The notes beneath the pieces were generated by a model that worked only from the letters and a program-made list of their open reading frames with translations, searched no databases and was not told the origin of the DNA. Positions 6,679 to 15,159 of a DNA stretch of 21,676 bases are shown one piece after another (positions within the stretch are counted from its first letter, which is position 1; each line of letters starts with the position of its first letter). The stretch is from Elainellaceae cyanobacterium (GTDB taxonomy: Bacteria; Cyanobacteriota; Cyanobacteriia; CAZCXK01). Both the position numbers and the translations under genes were made by a program. The DNA lies in assembly GCA_051117555.1 (NCBI GenBank), contig JBNPEG010000124.1, forward strand, positions 1 to 21,676, read 5' to 3'.

Positions 6679-7878
6679 ATGCCAACCCCTATGTGGACAA
6701 CTCACGATGTCAAGCCTTTCTACGATGTGGTCATCATCGGCGGTGGCGCCCATGGATTAGCGATCGCCTATTATTTGGCAACCCGTCACGGAATCACCAA
6801 CGTCGCTGTTCTTGAGCAAAAATATATTGGATATGGTGCATCCGGGCGAAACACTGCCATTCTTCGCTCAAATTATCGTACCGAGGCAGGCATTCAGTTT
6901 TACAACCAAAGCCTTCAACTCTACGAAACCCTGTCACAAGAACTAGACTTCAATCTGATGTTTAGCCAACAGGGGCACTTTACCCTTGGGCATAGCACTG
7001 CATCTATGGCAGCGCTAACGACTCGCGCCGAGCAGAATAAAGCACTCGGCGTTGACAGCTATATGGTGACGCCTCAAGAGATTAAGGCGATGATTCCTGA
7101 CATTGATGTATCAGATGCGCCCCGTTATCCAATCATGGGAGCGCTATACCATCCGCCCGGTGGAATTATTCGCCACGACGCCGTCGTATGGGGGTTTGCG
7201 CGAGGCGCTGATCGCAATGGCGTGCATATTCACCAACTAACTCAGGTTGAGAATATTCTGACTGAGAATGGCTCTGTAACAGGCGTTCAGACGAATCGAG
7301 GAACAATTCACTGCGATAAGGTCGTCGCAGCAACCGCAGGATGGACGTCTGAGGTCTGCCGAACCGTTGGCGTCAGACTGCCGCTTGTGACACATCCATT
7401 GCAGGCATTTGTCACTCAGGGACTAAAACCCTGGCTTCATCATGTCGTGGTGAGTTCGACACTCCACATCTACATCAGCCAGAGCGATCGCGGTGAGCTG
7501 GTCTGCGGGGGCGCGGTCGATAGCGTTCCTCAATATGCGATGCGGTCGACCTTGGATGTTTTAGAGAGCTACGCGGCTCATATTTTAGAACTCTTTCCCA
7601 TTCTACATAATGTCAAAGTGCAACGACAGTGGGCAGGCATGTGTGATATGACCCCTGACTACGCGCCGATTATGTCGCCCGTCAGTGCGCTAAAGAATTT
7701 CTATATCACCTGTGGCTGGGGAACCTGGGGGTTTAAGGCATCACCGGCAAGCGGATACAACATGGCAGAGATGGTTGCGACAGAGCGCGTGCCCGATCGA
7801 ATTAACGCCTTTAGCTGCGATCGCTTCCTTGAGAATCGGCTGATCGGAGAAAAGGCGGCTGCCTCGGTTGGCAGTTAG
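6679..7878 (+). CDS. soxB: Heterotetrameric sarcosine oxidase beta-subunit family FAD oxidoreductase (SoxB/MgdA-like)
   Basis: Motifs YDVVIIGGGAHGLA.AYYLA..HGITNVAVLE (Rossmann), GRNTAI.RSNY, GGI.RHDAVVWGFAR (His aligning with the covalent-FMN His of SoxB), HPLQA.V, and GWGTWGFKA.P. Confidence 0.88.
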   Translation: MPTPMWTTHDVKPFYDVVIIGGGAHGLAIAYYLATRHGITNVAVLEQKYIGYGASGRNTAILRSNYRTEAGIQFYNQSLQLYETLSQELDFNLMFSQQGHFTLGHSTASMAALTTRAEQNKALGVDSYMVTPQEIKAMIPDIDVSDAPRYPIMGALYHPPGGIIRHDAVVWGFARGADRNGVHIHQLTQVENILTENGSVTGVQTNRGTIHCDKVVAATAGWTSEVCRTVGVRLPLVTHPLQAFVTQGLKPWLHHVVVSSTLHIYISQSDRGELVCGGAVDSVPQYAMRSTLDVLESYAAHILELFPILHNVKVQRQWAGMCDMTPDYAPIMSPVSALKNFYITCGWGTWGFKASPASGYNMAEMVATERVPDRINAFSCDRFLENRLIGEKAAASVGS

Positions 7879-7966
7879 GTATGGCTTGTCAATAAGATTC
7901 AAGGTTAATCTATGACTAGATTTGCTTGCGTGTGTTCATCCTTGTTCTATTTGTGTGTCCTGACCT

Positions 7967-9022
7967 ATGGCTTTTTCGTCTCTGTATCCCGTTGTCTGGC
8001 ATGACGACCACGTGCTGCTCATTGATCAAAGTCGGCTACCCAGTGAGTTTGCTTTAGTTGATGTGAAGCGCTGCGATGACATGATTCGCGCTATTGAGTC
8101 AACCATTGTCCGCGGAGCCCCTGCCATTGGAGTGGCTGCCGCCTATGGGATGTATTTGGGAGCGCGAGATATCAAAACGAGTAATCGGGAAGAATTTTTT
8201 CAAACCTTAGAGGCGATCGCCACGCAGTTTCAACTGGCATGCCCATCGACGGTGAATCTCGTCTGGGCAACCGAGAGAATGCTCAAATCGGCTCGTCAAA
8301 CCATCGGACCCACCGAGCATCTTAAGCAAACTCTTCTCAGAACGGCTCTAGACATTAATGCAGAAGGGCTCAAAATCTGCCAAAACATCGGGGATCATGG
8401 GCTCAGCGCGTTGCCCACCTCTCCACAGAAATTAAGGATTTTGACTCACTATAATGCGGGTGCTCTAGCAACCGCAGGGTATGGAACTGCCCTTGGCGTC
8501 ATTCGTTCGGCATGGCGAGAACAGAGACTTGAGCAAGTATACGTGGATGAAACTCGACCCCGTTTTCAAGGCTCGAAGCTAACGGCATGGGAATGTGTGC
8601 AAGAAGGAATTCCGGTGACGGTGATTGCCGATAGCATGGTGGCTCACTGCATGAAACGGGAGATGATTGATGCAGTCGTCGTCGGAGCCGACCGGATCGC
8701 GATTAATGGTGATCTTGTCAACCGAATTGGCACTTACAGCATCGCGGTCATTGCAAACGCTCACAATATTCCGTTTTTTGTTGCAGCTCCCTTATCGACG
8801 ATTGATTTTGAGCTGTCAGAGGGCAGTCACATCCCTATCGAAGAACATGATGCATCTGAGATTTTTCAGGTCGGAGAGAAGCGAATGTGCCCCCCTGAGG
8901 CTCGATGCTACAATCCGGTGTTTGATGTCACACCTGCCAACTTGATTACGGCAATCGTCACAGAGAGAGGCGCAGTTTCACCCGCCGAGTTGCAAGATTT
9001 ACGAGAAAAGCAAGTCGTCTAG
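7967..9022 (+). CDS. mtnA: Methylthioribose-1-phosphate isomerase homologue (eIF2B-like fold) with substituted active site
   Basis: Motifs [51 protein letters not shown] and NP.FDVTP. Activity is uncertain because of THYNAG, CPSTVN and NRIGT substitutions. Confidence 0.9.
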   Translation: MAFSSLYPVVWHDDHVLLIDQSRLPSEFALVDVKRCDDMIRAIESTIVRGAPAIGVAAAYGMYLGARDIKTSNREEFFQTLEAIATQFQLACPSTVNLVWATERMLKSARQTIGPTEHLKQTLLRTALDINAEGLKICQNIGDHGLSALPTSPQKLRILTHYNAGALATAGYGTALGVIRSAWREQRLEQVYVDETRPRFQGSKLTAWECVQEGIPVTVIADSMVAHCMKREMIDAVVVGADRIAINGDLVNRIGTYSIAVIANAHNIPFFVAAPLSTIDFELSEGSHIPIEEHDASEIFQVGEKRMCPPEARCYNPVFDVTPANLITAIVTERGAVSPAELQDLREKQVV

Positions 9023-9032
9023 TACCAATACT

Positions 9033-9779
9033 TTAGGCGTCTTCGAGCTGAGAGCGGAGCTTTTCTAATTCGACATCGACTTCTTTATCCTGGCTGCTAG
9101 CTGGTAAGCTCGCAGAGTCTTGCCCTGTCATTTGCGATCGCATCGCTGCTAGCTCGTCGTCAATATCTCCCCCACTCTCCAACGCCTGAAATTGCTTTTC
9201 TAGATCGTTGCTGCCGAGTTCGGCGATCGCCTCCGAGCGGGCTTCTAGTTCATTGACTTTCTCTTCCATGCGCTCAAACGCTGCCAGCGCGTTTCCGGTT
9301 CCTAAGCCCCCCATCATTTCGTTGAGCTGCTGCGAAGCTTTAGCTGAACGGGCGCGGGCGATGTACATATCTTTCTTGGTTTTCGCCTCAGAGAGCTTAC
9401 TCTCTAAGGCCACCATGTTTTGCTTGAGCTGCTCAACGATGCCGCGCTGCTGATCAATTTGCCCTTGCAGGGCGTTAGCAGTTTCCTGATACGATTTGCG
9501 TCGAGATAGCGCTTCTCGGGCTAGAGTTTCTTCACCCTTTTGCAGAGCGAGTTGCGCCCGCCGATACCATTCCTCTGAGGTTGATTGTGCCTGACTGCAC
9601 TGCCGCTCTGTGCGCTTTTGGGTAGCGATCGCCTGAGCGACTGACTGGCGCAGCCGAATCAGGTCTTCCTCCATATCAATGACGGCCTGTTCTAAAATCT
9701 TTTCTGGATCTTCCGCTCGACCCACGAGGCTATTTAAATTTGCACGAATGACCCGCATGAGCCGATCAAAAAATCCCAT
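9033..9779 (-). CDS. PspA/IM30 (Vipp1) family protein
   Basis: MGFFDRLMRVIRANLN..AEDPEKILEQ, AFERMEEKV, DDELAA and C-terminal VDVELEKLRSQL. ATG 9779 follows AGGAG. Confidence 0.95.
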   Translation of the reverse strand: MGFFDRLMRVIRANLNSLVGRAEDPEKILEQAVIDMEEDLIRLRQSVAQAIATQKRTERQCSQAQSTSEEWYRRAQLALQKGEETLAREALSRRKSYQETANALQGQIDQQRGIVEQLKQNMVALESKLSEAKTKKDMYIARARSAKASQQLNEMMGGLGTGNALAAFERMEEKVNELEARSEAIAELGSNDLEKQFQALESGGDIDDELAAMRSQMTGQDSASLPASSQDKEVDVELEKLRSQLEDA

Positions 9780-9938
9780 GATGTCACTCCTAACGACACG
9801 ACGCGACATGATAACGATACAGAAGACGCTTCGACGAAGCCCCGATCATTGATTTAACCCAAAGCCACCCAACATTTGTGACGTCATCCATTTCATTATT
9901 CTCATGGTATCGCACCTTTGTTTTGCGACTCAGGAAAA

Positions 9939-11321
9939 TCAGCGTTCTAAGACTTGAGCAGAAACACCCTGCTGCCTAAGACTTTCAACCAGGTTTTGTG
10001 CCCGTCCTCGGTCGTTAAATGCTCCCAGTTGAACACGTGCCCCATCTGAGAAATTACGAACATAGGCTCCTGAAACATGCTCACGAGCTTGTTCTAAGCT
10101 GCGATCGCCTGTATAGCCGGTGACAACATAGTAGTAGCGTGATGATGATGAGGCAGCCGGAGCACTTGCTACGGATGGCGCACTGGATGGAGCAGGGGAA
10201 GCAGACGATGGGGCCGCAGGCTGCGGAGGCGGAGACGGCGAGGGGCTTGGTGAAGGAGAAGACGACTGTGCCGCAGACGGCGCCGGAGCAGGTCGAGGCG
10301 GCGGGGCTTGACGATTCGTCGTAGAGCGTCCTGACTGAGTTGCGCGAACCGTTGGTGCAGCGATTGATGGAGGCGCAACGGGAGACGGGGTGACTGGCAC
10401 TACTGCACGGCTCGGCACCGGAGCGCCCTGTCCTGTATTCTGTGTTCCCTGCCCGGAATTCGATACATTTGGCATTTGCGACGGCGTTCTAGGTGTTGAC
10501 TCGTCGGGTAGCGTTGTGAGCGTATCTAAATTGAGGTCTTGAAATTCTCCCGCCGACAAATCAGGAGTGCTCATCATGCCAGATTCCCCATCCTGACTCG
10601 CACCGTTTGAATTTCGAGGGCGATCGCCCCATGTCCGTAAGCCAAAGCTATCGGGGTTGGTGATTAAATACCCAAGCGTGGTACTTGAAACCAAGAGCAG
10701 TAGCATCGACCCCATTCCCAGCGGGGTCAACAAACTCGCTAAAATACCGGATTCTTGAGGCTCATCTAGATGATCCGGGTCCATAGGGTGAACCACAGAT
10801 TCATCCAGACTGCGCAACAGTTCTTCCGACGATTCTAAATAATCGTCTGGATCGACCGATCCAACGTTAGCAAGACTTGACGAAGTGGAGTTGTCAGTAG
10901 AAAGTTGGGCACTTGTCAGACGAGGCGGATTAACGTGAGCCATATCCGATGAGTCATCAGACGGGCGTCGTGCTAACGCTGCAGACGCAGGTTCACCGTG
11001 TTTGGCGATCGCCAAATCTGTCGCTAAAGCATCGGTTTGAGCGGCACGCAGATACTGAGACTCTGCTGGGTCACGATCAGGACTTGGATTGAGCTGTAAC
11101 ACTGGTTCTGACTGGTCAGATGATGACAGCCTCGGTCGAGATGAACGCTGATGCGAGTTCACTGACTTTTGCTGAATGCCACGCACCTGCCGATAACGAG
11201 CGAGTTCTTCCTCAATACGAACATCTAGACTGCCCAACGCAGCCTGTAGAGTAGGATGCAGAGACTCTGAATCTGAATTCACGGATGCGGTAGGATGCTG
11301 TGCTGAAGAACGACGGCGCAT
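9939..11321 (-). CDS. Membrane-anchored SPOR-domain protein (peptidoglycan-binding, cell-division associated)
   Basis: N-terminal LQAALGSLDV.IEEELARYR block, a TM helix (LTPLGMGSMLLLLVSSTTLGYLI), a long Pro/Ser linker and a C-terminal SPOR pattern YYVV...AYVR....GARVQLGAF....RAQ.LV..LRQQG. Confidence 0.85.
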   Translation of the reverse strand: MRRRSSAQHPTASVNSDSESLHPTLQAALGSLDVRIEEELARYRQVRGIQQKSVNSHQRSSRPRLSSSDQSEPVLQLNPSPDRDPAESQYLRAAQTDALATDLAIAKHGEPASAALARRPSDDSSDMAHVNPPRLTSAQLSTDNSTSSSLANVGSVDPDDYLESSEELLRSLDESVVHPMDPDHLDEPQESGILASLLTPLGMGSMLLLLVSSTTLGYLITNPDSFGLRTWGDRPRNSNGASQDGESGMMSTPDLSAGEFQDLNLDTLTTLPDESTPRTPSQMPNVSNSGQGTQNTGQGAPVPSRAVVPVTPSPVAPPSIAAPTVRATQSGRSTTNRQAPPPRPAPAPSAAQSSSPSPSPSPSPPPQPAAPSSASPAPSSAPSVASAPAASSSSRYYYVVTGYTGDRSLEQAREHVSGAYVRNFSDGARVQLGAFNDRGRAQNLVESLRQQGVSAQVLER

Positions 11322-11744
11322 GTCTAACTCCTGCCAAATTTATGCCAACTCATAGGTTTAGGATAGGCAACACGAGCTAATCCAAGTCAAGATCAATATC
11401 TGTTAATATGCATCGTCCTGGTGCTTACGAAATGTCTGGCGCTTCGAGCCGCCCCTACTATCGCAGCACACCTAAAACGTTGGATATGGGTAGGCACAGA
11501 TTAGGCTAGGCACACACTACAGACATGAAGTCTGCCTACACAGACTCTCTTAACGGTGGAGACTCATAACAGTTGAAACTCAAAACCCCTGATTGACCCA
11601 TATGACATCGTAATTGAAACTGCGATGCACAGATGAGTCGCTAGATTATACGCACCCTAATGTTCGCTAGAAATCGATTTAATTCCCTGTCCGACTTAAT
11701 ATTAACCAAGTCGCGCATCATTAATAAATAAATATGCTTGATTT

Positions 11745-11777
11745 TCAACACCTTCTAGGCAATTGTTAAGGTGTTGA
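11745..11777. promoter_or_regulatory. Perfect 10-bp inverted repeat upstream of dciA (candidate operator or leader hairpin)
   Basis: TCAACACCTT-N13-AAGGTGTTGA in the divergent SPOR/dciA intergenic region. Confidence 0.35.
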
Positions 11778-11816
11778 GGATGATGCTCCACAACGACCCC
11801 AACCATCCCAAGGTCA

Positions 11817-12389
11817 ATGGCAATGGCGTTTACATCTCTCCAAACAGCGTTGGGATTTCTTCAACAAGAGCCGGGTTGGCAAACCCATCACCAGCTACAG
11901 CATATTTTGACTCATTGGAGCGAAATCGTAGGGTTGGCAGTTGCGGCCCAAACTCGCCCGGTGGCAATTCAGCGGCAGGTACTATATGTCGCAACGTCTA
12001 GCCCCGTATGGGCCCAGAATTTAGCATTTGAACGACGGCATATTTTGGATAAGCTCAATACGTATCTAGCCGATCAGCCAATTGCTGAGATTCGGTTTTC
12101 CACCAACCAATGGCATCGAAGTGCTCAAGCACCGGGCGATCGCCCCAAATCTGATCCTCTCTGGACTCAACATCCTAGCCGAGTGCAGCCGTTCTCCTCG
12201 CGGCGATCGCCCCAGTCTTCCAGTGACACCAAAGATCCCAAGGCGGCATTTAACGAGTGGGCAACTGCAATCAAAATTCGCACTCAATCATTACCCCGAT
12301 GCTCATCATGCCAGTGCCCAACCCCTACCGGTGAGCTTGAGCGATGGTCGGTCTGTGCGCTGTGTGCGGCGCAAACCTGGTCAAAGTAA
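11817..12389 (+). CDS. dciA: DUF721/DciA family protein with C-terminal Zn ribbon
   Basis: W.EIVG.AVAAQTRP.....VLYVATSS.VWAQNL......IL.KLN......I.EIRF is the DUF721 pattern, followed by CxxC...CxxC. Alternative start at ATG 11823. Confidence 0.88.
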   Translation: MAMAFTSLQTALGFLQQEPGWQTHHQLQHILTHWSEIVGLAVAAQTRPVAIQRQVLYVATSSPVWAQNLAFERRHILDKLNTYLADQPIAEIRFSTNQWHRSAQAPGDRPKSDPLWTQHPSRVQPFSSRRSPQSSSDTKDPKAAFNEWATAIKIRTQSLPRCSSCQCPTPTGELERWSVCALCAAQTWSK

Positions 12390-12409
12390 ACCTGAGGCGT
12401 CTAACAAGG

Positions 12410-13393
12410 CTAGACTTTGAGCGCAGTCATCTCTTTAACGGCTTCCACAATTTGCTGGGGTTGTACGATGGTTAAGCTCTCCATCAGGCCGTTGTAGGGG
12501 GTTGGAATATCTTGGGATGCCAGTCGAATCACAGGAGCATCTAATTCATCAAATAGGCGATCATTAATAGATGCTGTCAGTTCAGCGCCGATCCCTCCCG
12601 ACTTCATACATTCTTCGACGATGATCACACGGTGAGTTTTAGAAATTGATGCGCCAATCGTCTCGAAGTCAAATGGCTTCAATGAAATGAGGTCGATTAC
12701 TTCAGGATCATATCCGTCTTTTTCGAGGGTTTTGACGGCTTGCATCGCATGATGCCGCATCCGAGAATAGGTCAAAATCGTGACATCGGTTCCTTCTCGA
12801 ACAATCTCCGCTTTATCGAGAGGAACTACGTATTCGTCTTCGGGCAAATTCTCCTTTAGGTTGTAAAGAAGAACATGCTCGAAGAACAAAATCGGATTGT
12901 CATCTCGAATTGCTGCTTTTAATAACCCTTTTGCGTTGTAAGGTGTCGAGCAGGCAACCAGCTTCAGCCCTGGCACTCCCTGAAAATATGCCTCTAGCCG
13001 CTGGGAATGTTCTGCTCCGAGTTGGCGACCCACGCCGCCGGGGCCTCGAATCACCATCGGAATTTTAAAGTTTCCGCCTGAGGTGTAGCGGAGCATGCCA
13101 GCATTATTGGCAATCTGGTTAAATGCAAGTAATAAGAAGCCCATATTCATGCCTTCGATAATGGGACGAAGCCCTGTCATCGCAGCCCCAACGGCTAGGC
13201 CGGTAAAGCTATTCTCGGCAATGGGAGTATCTAAGACTCGTAATTCTCCGTATTTTTTATAGAGCCCTTTCGTGACCTTATAGGATCCTCCGTAATGTCC
13301 TACGTCTTCACCCAATACAAAGACGGTAGAATCTCGTCCCATTTCTTCATCTATGGCTTCACGTAATGCGTTAAATAAGAAGGTTTCTGCCAT
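12410..13393 (-). CDS. pdhB: Pyruvate dehydrogenase E1 beta subunit
   Basis: [47 protein letters not shown] and QDIPTPY: cyanobacterial/plastid-type PdhB, 327 aa. Confidence 0.98.
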   Translation of the reverse strand: MAETFLFNALREAIDEEMGRDSTVFVLGEDVGHYGGSYKVTKGLYKKYGELRVLDTPIAENSFTGLAVGAAMTGLRPIIEGMNMGFLLLAFNQIANNAGMLRYTSGGNFKIPMVIRGPGGVGRQLGAEHSQRLEAYFQGVPGLKLVACSTPYNAKGLLKAAIRDDNPILFFEHVLLYNLKENLPEDEYVVPLDKAEIVREGTDVTILTYSRMRHHAMQAVKTLEKDGYDPEVIDLISLKPFDFETIGASISKTHRVIIVEECMKSGGIGAELTASINDRLFDELDAPVIRLASQDIPTPYNGLMESLTIVQPQQIVEAVKEMTALKV

Positions 13394-13518
13394 GGGTAAG
13401 CTCTATATGAATAAGTTTGAGTTTTGTCGCTCAATCTAACATCATATCTGCTCGATGTCATAGTCTACTATTTGGATCAAAGAGTTCTGCCACGTTGCAT
13501 TCGATAGAGGAATTTAAG

Positions 13519-14385
13519 GTGATGAGGATCAAAATTAGACTCCGCAAACGAGGATTGCTCTTGGGCGTAATAACCCTGGCGATCGCCCTCTTAGTAGTTC
13601 ATTCTCAATCGATTGCCAGCCTAAAACCAGATCATCCACACCCCATGGACGCCCCAACCTCATCGCCCATGCGGTTGTCTCAGTCAGACTCCTTGACCGA
13701 TGGACTAACCCAAATTCAGGGAGACTCACTCGATGCCAGCGCGGATGTACGCCTAGCAAACCTGCCGAACTACACCCCGCGAGAAGATGTGATTCCGGCT
13801 GATCCGACGAATTATGGTCCGCGATATCTAACTGACGTGTATGGCAATCCGGCTACTAATGCCCTACTGGTCGTCATTCACGAAACAGTCGGGTCAGCCG
13901 ATAGCGCTATTCGGCTATTTCAAACGCACCACGAAAACGATAGCGATCAGGTCAGCTATCACAGCTTGATTCGGCGAGATGGCACGATTGTTCATCTAGT
14001 GCATCCGCAGATGCGAGCCTTTGGGGCTGGCAATTCTGTCTTCAATGGGCCCAACGGACCTGAAACCGTTCGCACGAATCCTAACTTTTCACCCTCGGTG
14101 AATAATTTTGCCTATCACACCTCTCTAGAAACACCGAGCGACGGACGGGGCAACCAAAGCAGTCATAGTGGCTACACGGATGCCCAGTATCAGTCTCTAG
14201 CGTGGCTCGTGGCTCGCTTGCCCGTCCCAGACGAGCGCATTACCACCCATCGCGCCGTGGATCAATCTGGCAGAAAACGCGATCCCCGCAGTTTTAATAC
14301 TCAACGATTTATAGATTTGCTCCACGCATACCCCCGCGTGCAAGCCAATTCGCCGGTGGGTTCGTCATTGGCAGAAACGCGCTAG
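13519..14385 (+). CDS. N-acetylmuramoyl-L-alanine amidase (Amidase_2/PGRP-like, Zn-dependent), membrane-anchored or secreted
   Basis: Motifs VIHET, SYH, RAFGAG, SVN, LET, TTHR and RDP, with an N-terminal basic plus hydrophobic segment. GAGGA at 13507-13511 favours GTG 13519 or ATG 13522 over TTG 13417. Confidence 0.9.
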   Translation: MMRIKIRLRKRGLLLGVITLAIALLVVHSQSIASLKPDHPHPMDAPTSSPMRLSQSDSLTDGLTQIQGDSLDASADVRLANLPNYTPREDVIPADPTNYGPRYLTDVYGNPATNALLVVIHETVGSADSAIRLFQTHHENDSDQVSYHSLIRRDGTIVHLVHPQMRAFGAGNSVFNGPNGPETVRTNPNFSPSVNNFAYHTSLETPSDGRGNQSSHSGYTDAQYQSLAWLVARLPVPDERITTHRAVDQSGRKRDPRSFNTQRFIDLLHAYPRVQANSPVGSSLAETR

Positions 14386-14387
14386 GC

Positions 14388-14417
14388 TGAGATCAATCCA
14401 TATGAGATCAATCCATA
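14388..14417 (+). repeat. Perfect 15-bp tandem duplication
   Basis: TGAGATCAATCCATA at 14388-14402 and 14403-14417. Confidence 0.95.
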
Positions 14418-14421
14418 ACGG

Positions 14422-15033
14422 ATGGGCGATCGCACAATGGCACGATTTCCAATACCTTCCCATCGCTTAATTAGCTGGCTCGTTGCTGTAAGTACCGGAT
14501 GTTTAGGATTTTGGGTGGGCAATCCGGTTCGCTACGTCGAGGCTGATCAGAATTGTCAATCCCCAGGCGTTTTAACAGTTTGTAACGATCGATTTAGAGA
14601 GCTTGGCTGGGCAGAACGCTGCCTGAGTAGTTTAATCTTTGCATTGGCTGGAGGTAGCATGACACGGCTGCTTAGCTATGCTCGAAAGAGGTCTGCTCAA
14701 ACAGATTCACCCGCCGCTGGTCAGATTCCATGTAGCTTGACCGATCGCCTCAGCAGCCTGACATCATCCCCTCAACCCCTAACAAATCGCCAGCGAGAGG
14801 TGTTACAGTGCTTGTTAGTTTTGGCGGCGATCGCCCCCAAGGCCGATGATGAGGAATTTGTTCTCTCGGTGTCTAAACAGTCAAGCCCTGCTGACGCACG
14901 GCAGATCATTCAGATATTTGAACAGGGTTCGTTTCAATACTTAACCCTCATTGAAGTGCGCCAGATTCTTTCAACCTTCGGGTTTTCTGACTGGGCAATT
15001 CAGCAGGCGTGGCGAATCATCTGCGAGAGATGA
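14422..15033 (+). CDS. Hypothetical membrane protein (two TM segments, soluble helical C-terminal domain)
   Basis: 203-aa ORF filling the gap between two co-oriented genes, with hydrophobic segments LISWLVAVSTGCLGFWVG and CLSSLIFALAGGSM. Alternative start at ATG 14437. Confidence 0.7.
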   Translation: MGDRTMARFPIPSHRLISWLVAVSTGCLGFWVGNPVRYVEADQNCQSPGVLTVCNDRFRELGWAERCLSSLIFALAGGSMTRLLSYARKRSAQTDSPAAGQIPCSLTDRLSSLTSSPQPLTNRQREVLQCLLVLAAIAPKADDEEFVLSVSKQSSPADARQIIQIFEQGSFQYLTLIEVRQILSTFGFSDWAIQQAWRIICER

Positions 15034-15159
15034 ATTGAAATTGGAATTTAAGTATAGGTTAGAGATAAGAGGCACGAGTAGAATCAGTATTCAACCTCGA
15101 TTTAATTCAGTTCGCTAAGCCTAATTTTTGCCTACATTCATCTATTGAAAAGAAATGAC

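Noticed and set aside
11571..11621. Two TTGAAACT motifs resembling CRISPR repeat ends
   Set aside because: There are only two short matches, 41 bp apart, with no full repeat, no array and no cas genes.
14770..14820. LuxR-type HTH suggested by PLTNRQREVL
   Set aside because: The following G.....EIA..L..S..TV pattern is absent.
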